Positions 8,385 through 16,369 of a stretch of 58,460 nt of DNA are shown here, piece after piece. Origin of the DNA: a virus (lineage: Duplodnaviria > Caudoviricetes); the IMG/VR virus record IMGVR_UViG_3300046722_000114, positions 1-58,460 of that record; one strand, given 5' to 3'. The position numbers were made by a program, and so were the translations under genes. Below the pieces are notes generated by a model, which saw nothing but the letters and a program-made list of their open reading frames with translations, ran no database searches and was not told the DNA's origin. Positions within the stretch are counted from its first letter, which is position 1, and every line of letters starts with the position of its first letter.

Positions 8385-9419
8385 TCACGCAGTCAAAACG
8401 CCTTGCAGGAAACTGTTGCTACAGGTCAGATTTCCCGCCCAGCCAACGAGCTTGACCATCGCGTCTTGGTTGACGCTAAAGCGATCTGGGTCCAAGGGAG
8501 TCATATTCCGATCCCGATGCGGGCGCAGGAACAAGTAGTCGGTGTTGAGGAAATACATGTGGCTCGCCGGAGCGCCGCTGCCGGAAGTCCATGTGATGCC
8601 GGCGCCGTTGATCGCCGAGCCGTTGCCTGCCGCGACGCCCTGAAAGCCGCCGTCGTAGACGACATCGGCGTCCATGAACATGAGGCTGCCGAACCCGGCC
8701 ATCCCGTCATCGGTGCGCGAGATGCGCTGGATCGCCTGGAGGCTTTCCCAGTAGTAGCGGTAGTAGACGTTATCGGCGATGATCAGGTCGGGCCGATCGG
8801 GACCGCGCGCCTGAGCGAGCCAGGTGCGGTTCATCATCGTCTGCATCGTCGCAGCGCTCGGCACGAGGCCAGCGGTCGCAAACGATTGGTTGTTCGGGCG
8901 CCAGAAGGGCCAGGTCTGCCGACTGATGCCGCCGACCGTGCCGGAGGTGCCGACATCGGCGACGATCAGTTGCAAGCCGCCGATCTGCTTGCCACCGTCC
9001 GCCGTGCCATCCGAATAGCAGTCGCTCGACAGGTTATTCTCGAAAGTCCGCTCGGCGTTGCCGATCCGCGCGTCGAGAAGATCGATCATCTTCTCCTTGC
9101 CGCTGTTCTGCAGCATTTCGAGGCCGGAGATCGAGACGGCGACGGCGGCCTGCGCGATCGAGAACTGCGCCGCCGTGAAAACGTCGGACGGCGTGATGTT
9201 CAGGATGTCGTAGCCGCTGTAGCGCTTGTAGGTGCCGTTCTCGCTGTATTCCAGCTCTTGCACGATCGCTTGGCCGCCGTCGAAATCCTTGATCTTTCCG
9301 CGTTCGGAAAGGCGGCGGAGCAGCGCATTGTTTTTTGTGACGTTATCGGCCAGTTTGCGCGACCGATTGTAGAGGGTGGTGGTGGTGATCTCACCCCAAT
9401 TAGTATTCGGGCTTGCCAT
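8385..9419 (-). CDS. Major capsid protein
   Basis: 344 aa; TTTL.NRS.KLADNV..NNALL, YSGYD.L, ISGLE.LQNSG, DG.A.GGKQI.GL; follows scaffold. Confidence 0.92.
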   Translation of the reverse strand: MASPNTNWGEITTTTLYNRSRKLADNVTKNNALLRRLSERGKIKDFDGGQAIVQELEYSENGTYKRYSGYDILNITPSDVFTAAQFSIAQAAVAVSISGLEMLQNSGKEKMIDLLDARIGNAERTFENNLSSDCYSDGTADGGKQIGGLQLIVADVGTSGTVGGISRQTWPFWRPNNQSFATAGLVPSAATMQTMMNRTWLAQARGPDRPDLIIADNVYYRYYWESLQAIQRISRTDDGMAGFGSLMFMDADVVYDGGFQGVAAGNGSAINGAGITWTSGSGAPASHMYFLNTDYLFLRPHRDRNMTPLDPDRFSVNQDAMVKLVGWAGNLTCSNSFLQGVLTA

Positions 9420-9462
9420 TCCCTATGCTCCATCTGGCGGCCCGCAGGCCGCACTGGGGAAA

Positions 9463-9482
9463 CGGGCGTCTCACGACGGCCG
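9463..9482 (-). promoter_or_regulatory. GNRA-tetraloop hairpin (CGUC-GUGA-GACG) in MCP leader
   Basis: 14-bp core gcgtctcacgacgg at 9466-9479, identical at 49896-49909. Confidence 0.55.
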
Positions 9483-9498
9483 GGTTGAACGGAACGGC

Positions 9499-10713
9499 TC
9501 AGCCAGCCTCTAAGTCTGCTGCTGCCGCCGCAATTTCGTCTCTCAGAGATCGTGGTCCGGTGCGCTCTGCCGGCGATCCGCCCGCCCCAGGGGAGCCGGC
9601 GATGCTGGAAGCGGCGCGGACCGCTCGCTCTGATTGCGCTTTCCGTTCGGCTGCCGCTTTTCGGGCTGACTCGGCCGAGCTGGCTGCGAGCGCCTTAGTG
9701 CGGGTCTCCCGGTTCGCGTAAACCGCCCGATCATAGAGATCAGGAATGCTCGGAACCCTGCCCTGAGATATGTCCATCTGGGCGAAGGCAGCCATATCAC
9801 GTTCCAACTCGGAAAAATAGGGGTGTTTTAGCGACCCCGTATCGTCCTTCTCGTTGGCGAATGCTTCGATTTGCGATTGCGTCGAGTTTTCGCGAGCAGC
9901 ACGCTCTGCGGCTTCACGATTTCGATCTGCGGCCTCGCGGTTTGCTAGCCGCTGCTCCATCGTATCAAGCTTTTGAAAGAGCGCAGGCGGGACATAGCTC
10001 CCCTGATCCCCATAACCGTTTCCGTTTTGAGGAGGCGGCATTTCTCCCTTCAGAAACGCCGCCACTGCGCCGGGATCAACCCCGTATGACCGAATGATGT
10101 TAGCGACAATCTCTGCGCCCTTCGTGTTTTGACCGCCTTGCGCCGCGATTTGGCGCCCCTGGACGAGATTTTGCTCGACTGCTGCCCAGGTGCGGATGAT
10201 GTCAGACGGCGTTTTGCCCTGCTGCTGCAATTCAGCGGCATATGGCTGGAATAGCTCGATTGCACCGGCGTAGTTGCGCTCGATTTCAGCGGCTTTCTGC
10301 AACCGCGGCGTAAATCCGGCCTCGATCGCCTTGTAGCGCTCGACGACCTTGGCCTGGCTGTCTTTCGGCAGGCTGGCGATCAAATCCTTGTCGGCCTGCG
10401 ACCAGTGCTGCGGAACATCGGTCGCCAATTCGCCGGTTTTCGCCGGTTCTGGCTCAGGGTCAACCACCGCGACAGGTTCGACAGCCTCGGGTGGCTCCGC
10501 TTCGCTGCCCTCAGCAGGTTCCTTCGGCAGAAACTTGCCGTCAGGGCCGCGCTGGCGTTCACCGGCAGGCTCCGTCGATCTTGGCTCCGGCGCTTCGCGA
10601 GCCGGAGGCTCCCTTGCCGGCGCTTCCGTCGCGGTCGGTTCAGCCTCCGCCTCGTCGACCACGCGCGACAGGACCGAACGTAAATCCTGGCCTTCTTCTT
10701 CATCGGGCGGCAT
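9499..10713 (-). CDS. Capsid scaffolding protein
   Basis: Acidic Pro-rich N-terminus, RGPDGKF, P.HWS, HPYF..L..DM, LYDRAVYAN, SLRDEI C-terminus; upstream of MCP. Confidence 0.85.
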   Translation of the reverse strand: MPPDEEEGQDLRSVLSRVVDEAEAEPTATEAPAREPPAREAPEPRSTEPAGERQRGPDGKFLPKEPAEGSEAEPPEAVEPVAVVDPEPEPAKTGELATDVPQHWSQADKDLIASLPKDSQAKVVERYKAIEAGFTPRLQKAAEIERNYAGAIELFQPYAAELQQQGKTPSDIIRTWAAVEQNLVQGRQIAAQGGQNTKGAEIVANIIRSYGVDPGAVAAFLKGEMPPPQNGNGYGDQGSYVPPALFQKLDTMEQRLANREAADRNREAAERAARENSTQSQIEAFANEKDDTGSLKHPYFSELERDMAAFAQMDISQGRVPSIPDLYDRAVYANRETRTKALAASSAESARKAAAERKAQSERAVRAASSIAGSPGAGGSPAERTGPRSLRDEIAAAAADLEAG

Positions 10714-10934
10714 CAGGTAGCCTTCCTGTATCGTTCACACCAATCTTCCGGTCGGATTTGTCCGCTGACGACTTCACAGGATCGCGGCGGTTGCCAGTGG
10801 GTACAAATCCCGCAGTGTTGCGGCGGCTTCGCTGCAGGATGCTCGTAACCAACCGATGTCTTGCTGACCTTTGCATCTTCAGCCTCCGCCGATTGTCGCA
10901 GACTATCGCGGACGCTGGGATAATCAGCCATCAC
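10713..10934 (-). CDS. HiPIP-like four-cysteine protein
   Basis: Y..HCGICTHW..CEVVSGQI...WCERY resembles the HiPIP Cys pattern. Confidence 0.65.
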   Translation of the reverse strand: MMADYPSVRDSLRQSAEAEDAKVSKTSVGYEHPAAKPPQHCGICTHWQPPRSCEVVSGQIRPEDWCERYRKAT

Positions 10935-11042
10935 GGTGCCGACGTGCCCATAAGTTCAGCCGGCGAGACAGATCGGCAACCACGCCGAAGACCCACCAGC
11001 GGGCAAAACGACACGGCGTCATCCGTAACCCGCGCCACCATT

Positions 11043-11417
11043 TCACCCGTTGCCTCGGTCCTCCGCCCGATCAGCCGCATCCCGCACATCGTCCTTGACG
11101 CTCTTGCCGTCATCCGAAGCCGCCTTCGGCTCCGCTCCCAGGCGGTGAATCAGGATTTCAACCCGGCGATCCGGCGATTTCTGTCCCTCACGCGAGCTAT
11201 CCGACGCCGACACGACGCGTCCATGCGCCTCGATCCGGTACTCGGTACCAGGCTTCGGCGTCTCACTCATGCCGACCTTGTTCATCGACTCATGATCGAG
11301 GCTGACGTGCAGGCCGTGATGATAATCGGCATCGTCACCCATTACCGGCCCGTCCTTCCACGATTTCTCGCGAGCCGTCTTCTCGGCCTTGGTTCTTTTC
11401 ATATCGACGACTCTCAC
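11043..11417 (-). CDS. Putative capsid staple/accessory protein
   Basis: VDMK..Y.HGL.VSLD.ES..K.G..G....I.A.G.V motif; head module. Confidence 0.6.
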   Translation of the reverse strand: MRVVDMKRTKAEKTAREKSWKDGPVMGDDADYHHGLHVSLDHESMNKVGMSETPKPGTEYRIEAHGRVVSASDSSREGQKSPDRRVEILIHRLGAEPKAASDDGKSVKDDVRDAADRAEDRGNG

Positions 11418-11764
11418 GGCAAAATCCTCCCAACCGGCCCTACGTCCTTAGCCGCAGAGCTCGCCGCCTGCGCCTCAGCATGAGCTTCCGGCGACGCCTC
11501 CAACGCAGCCCGCAAATCCTCTCGCACCGGCGGTAGCACCTCGCGCTCAATCCCCTTCGGGTACTCGTTGCCGACCTCGACCGCGCCATGCCGTCGCAAG
11601 TGCTCGCGATGCTCCGACCGGCTGGTGATCATCTCGCGCGTGATAACAGACGGATAGGGCGCGATATCGCTCTGAATGTACGGCGCGACCCGCGGCGGCA
11701 GCTTGGCATTGAGATCAAGCTCGACAAACTCGCCGTTGCGCATGACGAAGCGGCGGCGGGTCAT
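11414..11764 (-). CDS. Conserved phage protein
   Basis: IQSDI.PY.S.IT.E.ITSRS.HREHL..HG.VEVGNE motif. Confidence 0.7.
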   Translation of the reverse strand: MTRRRFVMRNGEFVELDLNAKLPPRVAPYIQSDIAPYPSVITREMITSRSEHREHLRRHGAVEVGNEYPKGIEREVLPPVREDLRAALEASPEAHAEAQAASSAAKDVGPVGRILP

Positions 11765-11964
11765 TTCATCCACTTAGCCTCGTCCCACGCTTGGTAACGC
11801 TTGAGCGGCCATAAAACCCACGCCGCGTTATAAACTTTCCCAAACACCTTAAGATGAAACTCGCACATAGGGCGGTTAGACCATGTTGCCCGATAGAAAT
11901 GCATGTTGACGTTGCGTGGTCCCACTGTAAGGCTCACACCAACCCCTCCGCGCACATAGCCCAA
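11761..11964 (-). CDS. Hypothetical small protein (lower GC)
   Basis: ORF overlapping both neighbours. Confidence 0.4.
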   Translation of the reverse strand: MGYVRGGVGVSLTVGPRNVNMHFYRATWSNRPMCEFHLKVFGKVYNAAWVLWPLKRYQAWDEAKWMK

Positions 11965-12221
11965 ATAAGAGGTGACTCACGAGGGTCCGCTTCTTCAATA
12001 GCTAACAAACTCTTCTCAAGTTCATCAATGACAGTGCGTCTCATAGCGTTCATAGCAATACCAGCCAGTCCGTCAGCTAACTTATCACGGTTGTACTTAT
12101 TATATTTCTCGAGTTTTTTATGGGATCGAACAGAAATGATTTCTTCAGACACCTTTCTCCAATGCTGCCACATTGGGTCAGACGTGTCCTGCGAGCCAAA
12201 CCCAAGAAGATCATCCATCAC
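11934..12221 (-). CDS. Hypothetical protein (lower GC, moron-like)
   Basis: 95-aa ORF coupled to the portal C-fragment stop. Confidence 0.6.
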   Translation of the reverse strand: MMDDLLGFGSQDTSDPMWQHWRKVSEEIISVRSHKKLEKYNKYNRDKLADGLAGIAMNAMRRTVIDELEKSLLAIEEADPRESPLIWAMCAEGLV

Positions 12222-13003
12222 ACCAGCCCCTTCGTATCCCGCGACGCCAGATGCGTCAGCCTCGCCGCATCCAGTGCCTCGCGCCCGGCGACCTCGCGTC
12301 CCCGAAGCGACAATTCGGCAATCCGTAGCTGGTTCTCCGCCGTCGTCCGCTGCTGGTCAGCGCTCGCCTCAATCTGCGCCGAAATTACCTTCGCCGCATT
12401 GGCTTGCTGGTCAGACGCCGCCTTAGCCGCCGTCTGCTGCTGCGTCGCCTGCAACTTCGCGCCCTCGATCTGCGTCTCAGCCTGAATCTCCTGCGGCGAC
12501 TTGGTGTTGCCCTTCTGCGGCGGCGGCGGTGGCGGCATATGCTGCATCTTTTCGAGCGCGCTATCGAGCGCGTCCTCAAGCTGCCTGCTCGACGGGAAGG
12601 CGTGAAAAGCAAACTTGATCATCTCAGCACCGAGCGGCGCCATCGCCGGGTTCTGCTGCATGATCGGCACCATCGTTTCCATAAACGGCACGATTGCTCG
12701 CAGGAACTCCGTCCGCGCCGCCTTCTCCGCCTCCTCGTCAGCCGCAACCGTGCTGTCGGCCTCGATATCGATCTTGTAGGCCTTCGCCGCGTCCCCGCGC
12801 AGCAACTCGCACGCCGCCATGAACTTTTGCTGCCGGCTCGCCGTCTCCGCATCCCATGCCTGCTTCATCTGCATCCACTGCGCGAAGGCAGGGTTCAGCA
12901 TCATCGGCGGCTGTTGCGGCGGCATCATTCCGCCGCCAGGGAACGGCAGCACGTTTCCGCCCATCGGCGGGTGCGGCATCATGCCTGGAGGCATGTCGCT
13001 CAT
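12218..13003 (-). CDS. Portal protein, C-terminal fragment (separate ORF)
   Basis: ELLRGD..KAYKIDIEADSTV..DEEAEK.AR.EFL..EMIKF..F..SRQLE and Gln-rich tail resemble the C-terminal third of podovirus portals. Confidence 0.75.
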   Translation of the reverse strand: MSDMPPGMMPHPPMGGNVLPFPGGGMMPPQQPPMMLNPAFAQWMQMKQAWDAETASRQQKFMAACELLRGDAAKAYKIDIEADSTVAADEEAEKAARTEFLRAIVPFMETMVPIMQQNPAMAPLGAEMIKFAFHAFPSSRQLEDALDSALEKMQHMPPPPPPQKGNTKSPQEIQAETQIEGAKLQATQQQTAAKAASDQQANAAKVISAQIEASADQQRTTAENQLRIAELSLRGREVAGREALDAARLTHLASRDTKGLV

Positions 13004-13257
13004 GGCCCTAGTGTCCCATCCCGTACCATCGCTTCCCGAAGCGACTTTTCAAAATCATCCCTGGGTATTAGTCCCATTTCAAATGCGCGCCGGTAAACAT
13101 CCATTATTTTCGGAAGTGGTTCCCGAGGTATGGCACCTTCTTCCATCATGCATGAAATATCTGCCAACACTTTCACTGGACTATCTTCATTCCGCCTCGC
13201 GCGCATTTTTATGAACGCATTGGCCGCCGTATTCAAGATCACGCCAGTATCGCTCAT
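13000..13257 (-). CDS. Hypothetical 85-aa protein inserted between the portal fragments
   Basis: ATGA overlaps on both sides; lower GC; 11-bp direct repeats at both starts. Confidence 0.65.
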   Translation of the reverse strand: MSDTGVILNTAANAFIKMRARRNEDSPVKVLADISCMMEEGAIPREPLPKIMDVYRRAFEMGLIPRDDFEKSLREAMVRDGTLGP

Positions 13258-14897
13258 GGCGTTGCTCCCGCAACCATCGGATGCACAGGCGGCGGTAGGC
13301 TACCCCCAGCAGCCACACCGCTACCCGGCGCAATGCCACCCGGAGAGGGCACTCCCGGCGGCATACCTCCCGAGGGGACGGCGGGAGGCTGCATCGATGG
13401 CGCCTGCGGCGGCGCCGGAACCATCATCGGCGGCATCGCCGGCATCGCCGGCAACTGCTCCGGCAACCCGCTCATCTGCCCCAAGGTCTCGGGCGAAAAA
13501 TGCCGCGCCATCACCTGACCGCGCAGCCGCATCAAATCCCGCGCAAACCGCGCAACCTGCTTCTGCGCTCGGCTCACCCGTCGCGTCGCAAACTGCGCCT
13601 TCAACTGCTGCGCCCCCAGCGTCTCGGTCGGGTTCGTCTCCCCCCGCAAGATGTCCGCCATCCCCGTGATCTCGTAAAGCGTCCGCTTCACCCGATCCCG
13701 TGCATCATACAACTGAATCAATACCTTAGCGATCTGCTCCATCGGGGCCCAGACGATCGCGTTCTGCAACCCGCCCCTCTCCATAAACAACCCCCACCCC
13801 TCGACCGGAATAAGCATGTTCTCAGCACCCGTATCGGTTAACAGCTGCGATATCTCCGCCTTGCTCTCCCCCGCGTACAACCCGACCACCTTCAGCGCCG
13901 TCGTCAGCTTGTCGATCCTCCCCGTCAAGATATCCAACTCAATCGCCTGGTCCTGATACTCCGAATAGTCCGCCACCGGCACCAGCGTCTCGTTCGTCGT
14001 CGTCGCACTCAGCGAACGCGGACTCGGAAAGAACCCCGGCAACTCCAGCGGATCACTCTTCCGGTCAAGCGGACCCTCGGGATAGGACGGCGCCACCCAG
14101 ATCGCCTGCTTCTTCTGCCGGTCCCAAATCTCCCAGACCTGCGCCTTCTTGAAGGCATCCGCCTGCGGTCCCTTCTCGCCATCGTCCTCCAGACCCTTCG
14201 GCGTGTAGTCGAGCGTCACCTCTTTCCCGATTTTGCCGAACCGCTTGACCAATTCGTCCCGCGTCATGTACGCGCGATACGCCTTCCACCACACGTCATT
14301 GTCAACCCGAGCCGGCGCCTCCCGGTAATCCTCCCAAAACACATACCTTACCGGCGCCCGCTCGTTATCGACCGGCCGAAACGTCGGCCGCTTGCCATCC
14401 TCATCCGGCTCCGCGTCAGGGTCATCCTCCGGCTCGCCAAACTCCGGCTCATAAAACACCCGAGCCACGCCCCGCCCCGGCAGTAACCGATCCTCGACCA
14501 CCCGCTGCATCACCTCATCAAACTCGTCGAGGTCATCCTCATACGCCAACGCCCGCTCCAGAATCTCCGCGCCCAACAACGCCGACTCATCCCCATTCTT
14601 GTGCCGCCGCTGCACATCAGGCTTCGGCGTGCGCCCATAAAGAATCGGCTTCAGCGTCTCGACATTGCTCCACAAGATGTTGAACTTCGCCGTGTTCCGC
14701 GACGGGTTATCCCGCCGCTCATCCCGATACCGCTTGACAATTAACCGCCCCGTCTTCACCCACTTGCGGTCCTCACGCTCAGCCAGCCGCAACTGCTGCA
14801 ACCAAAACCGGCACACAGCACTCGCATCGTCGCCAATGTCCTCGCGGCGCTCGATCGGGGCAAAGTTGCCGCCGAAGTCAGGCATGATTTGGGACAA
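13254..14897 (-). CDS. Portal protein, N-terminal fragment
   Basis: FNILWSNVETLKP.LY.RTPKPDV.RR, LLPGRG.ARV.YEP, FFP.PR, YEITG.ADILRG..ETLGAQQLKAQF. Confidence 0.9.
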   Translation of the reverse strand: MSQIMPDFGGNFAPIERREDIGDDASAVCRFWLQQLRLAEREDRKWVKTGRLIVKRYRDERRDNPSRNTAKFNILWSNVETLKPILYGRTPKPDVQRRHKNGDESALLGAEILERALAYEDDLDEFDEVMQRVVEDRLLPGRGVARVFYEPEFGEPEDDPDAEPDEDGKRPTFRPVDNERAPVRYVFWEDYREAPARVDNDVWWKAYRAYMTRDELVKRFGKIGKEVTLDYTPKGLEDDGEKGPQADAFKKAQVWEIWDRQKKQAIWVAPSYPEGPLDRKSDPLELPGFFPSPRSLSATTTNETLVPVADYSEYQDQAIELDILTGRIDKLTTALKVVGLYAGESKAEISQLLTDTGAENMLIPVEGWGLFMERGGLQNAIVWAPMEQIAKVLIQLYDARDRVKRTLYEITGMADILRGETNPTETLGAQQLKAQFATRRVSRAQKQVARFARDLMRLRGQVMARHFSPETLGQMSGLPEQLPAMPAMPPMMVPAPPQAPSMQPPAVPSGGMPPGVPSPGGIAPGSGVAAGGSLPPPVHPMVAGATP

Positions 14898-15006
14898 ACC
14901 CTACCGCGCCATACTCACGCAGCATCCGCTCCTCCTCCAGACGATTGGCTAACAACCGCAAATCATTCGACATTTGGCGAAACCACGCCTGAAGACGATC
15001 GCTCAT

Positions 15007-15276
15007 TCAACCAATCCCCCGCGCCCGTAGCGCCGGATCATCCTCCCGGTACACCCGACCACCAGCCAGCAACCACGCCTCCACCGTCTCGCATCCCTGC
15101 GGCCGACCCTCGACCGGCTGTCGCTGCGCCAAATCACCCGCAGCGATCCCATGCTCACGGAGAAAGATCAGGCTATGCGACATGCTGCAAAACTTGCCGC
15201 TGATCGTGCTGTGCCGCCGCCTCGTCAGCACCTTCCCACATTGCAGGCACCGCTGACGGCGATCAATGAAGATCAT
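15007..15276 (-). CDS. Small putative Zn-binding protein
   Basis: CLQCGK...KFCS; ATGA coupling. Confidence 0.55.
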   Translation of the reverse strand: MIFIDRRQRCLQCGKVLTRRRHSTISGKFCSMSHSLIFLREHGIAAGDLAQRQPVEGRPQGCETVEAWLLAGGRVYREDDPALRARGIG

Positions 15277-15680
15277 CGCGGCCTCGCCCCCACCATCGCC
15301 TCGTAGACGCTTGATGCACCGACGATTCCAATGTCTCCGCCTGCGGCATCCGACCCCGCGCCGCACATGGTCGAGGTCGCCTCGACCGGCACGACGACGA
15401 ACCCCCCCTCCTCTAGCGCCGGCAGCCCTATCACCCAGCGCACACGGTCAATCGACTCCACCACCCGCTCAGGCGACACACCCTCCGCAAAGCTCGTCCT
15501 CCCACCCTCCGATCCGTCCGCTGTCCCATATTCAAAAACATGCCCCCACTCGCCGCGCCCAAACCTCACCGAGCCGCCCTCCGCACCACGCCAGACAACG
15601 CGATCATTGTCGTCCAACCCATGCTCCGGCCACCCCCTATCCCTCAACCCCGCAATCACCGCGTCCCGAAACTCGCTCAT
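15273..15680 (-). CDS. Hypothetical protein
   Basis: ATGA coupling; C-terminal VVVPVEAT..M..YEAMV motif. Confidence 0.6.
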   Translation of the reverse strand: MSEFRDAVIAGLRDRGWPEHGLDDNDRVVWRGAEGGSVRFGRGEWGHVFEYGTADGSEGGRTSFAEGVSPERVVESIDRVRWVIGLPALEEGGFVVVPVEATSTMCGAGSDAAGGDIGIVGASSVYEAMVGARPR

Positions 15681-16069
15681 TGCCCCTCCCGGATCGTCAA
15701 ACTCGGCGTCGCACTCGCCGCAATAAAACAAAACTGATTGACAGGCGCCGGCACAAAATAATGCAACGCCCCAGCCAACAGCGTCGTCGTCCCCGCCGTC
15801 CCAATCGCCGCCGTGCATGGCGTGTTCGGCGTCGCCGCGCTCGTCTCGCAATACCCGATGTTGATCGTCCCCGCGATGTTGTCCAATGCCAGCGTCTTGC
15901 GCTGCGTGTTCACGCCGAGGCAGTTACCGCTCGTCACCGATAGCGTCGCCGTCGTCACCTTGTCGCTAACCCCATGCGGCCACGTCTGCGCTCGAGCCGT
16001 GCTCCATACCGCAATCGCAAGCACCGCCAGCGCGACCAACACCACCAGCGGCAGCGAGCCGCGCAGCAT
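15677..16069 (-). CDS. Signal-peptide-bearing small beta-sandwich protein (putative decoration protein)
   Basis: Internal ATG with GGAGAG RBS; MLRGSLPLVVLVALAVLAIAVWSTARA|Q; N.QRK.L.L.N motif; 4 Cys. Confidence 0.6.
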   Translation of the reverse strand: MLRGSLPLVVLVALAVLAIAVWSTARAQTWPHGVSDKVTTATLSVTSGNCLGVNTQRKTLALDNIAGTINIGYCETSAATPNTPCTAAIGTAGTTTLLAGALHYFVPAPVNQFCFIAASATPSLTIREGQ

Positions 16070-16369
16070 CCCGTTCTCTCCACTCGTGCGAACCGCGATT
16101 TGCCGGTTAGGCCACCACCCATAAGGCTCCGTGTGCATGCTGCCTAATTCTGAATCAAACCAGAGAGCGCCACACTTCGCACAACGCTCGTCATCCATTG
16201 CCTGTTCAGGCACCGGTCGATGCTGCTCCGCCGCAAATCCATCTAACGCCATCGCGTCTACCGGCGTGTGCAGCCTAATCTCTTTTACCGTCACGCAAAT
16301 CGGGTGGCCGTTCTCACATGTTATGCTCGTCCCGATGGGCAGGCTGGCAACGATTGCGTCCATGCTCAA
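16070..16369 (-). CDS. Hypothetical Zn-ribbon-like protein, in frame with the downstream gene and with no stop between them
   Basis: CENGHPIC...CAKCG; start overlaps the TerL stop. Confidence 0.45.

Noticed and set aside
8370-9488. Long plus-strand ORFs opposite structural genes (also 10491..11483, 38489..39439, 46750..47781, 54201..55121)
   Set aside because: Antisense shadows of high-GC coding sequence with no motifs or RBS support
13004-13253. Self-splicing intron in the portal gene
   Set aside because: No group I/II features recognised, the interval is filled by a coupled ORF, and repeat-to-repeat excision does not restore the frame
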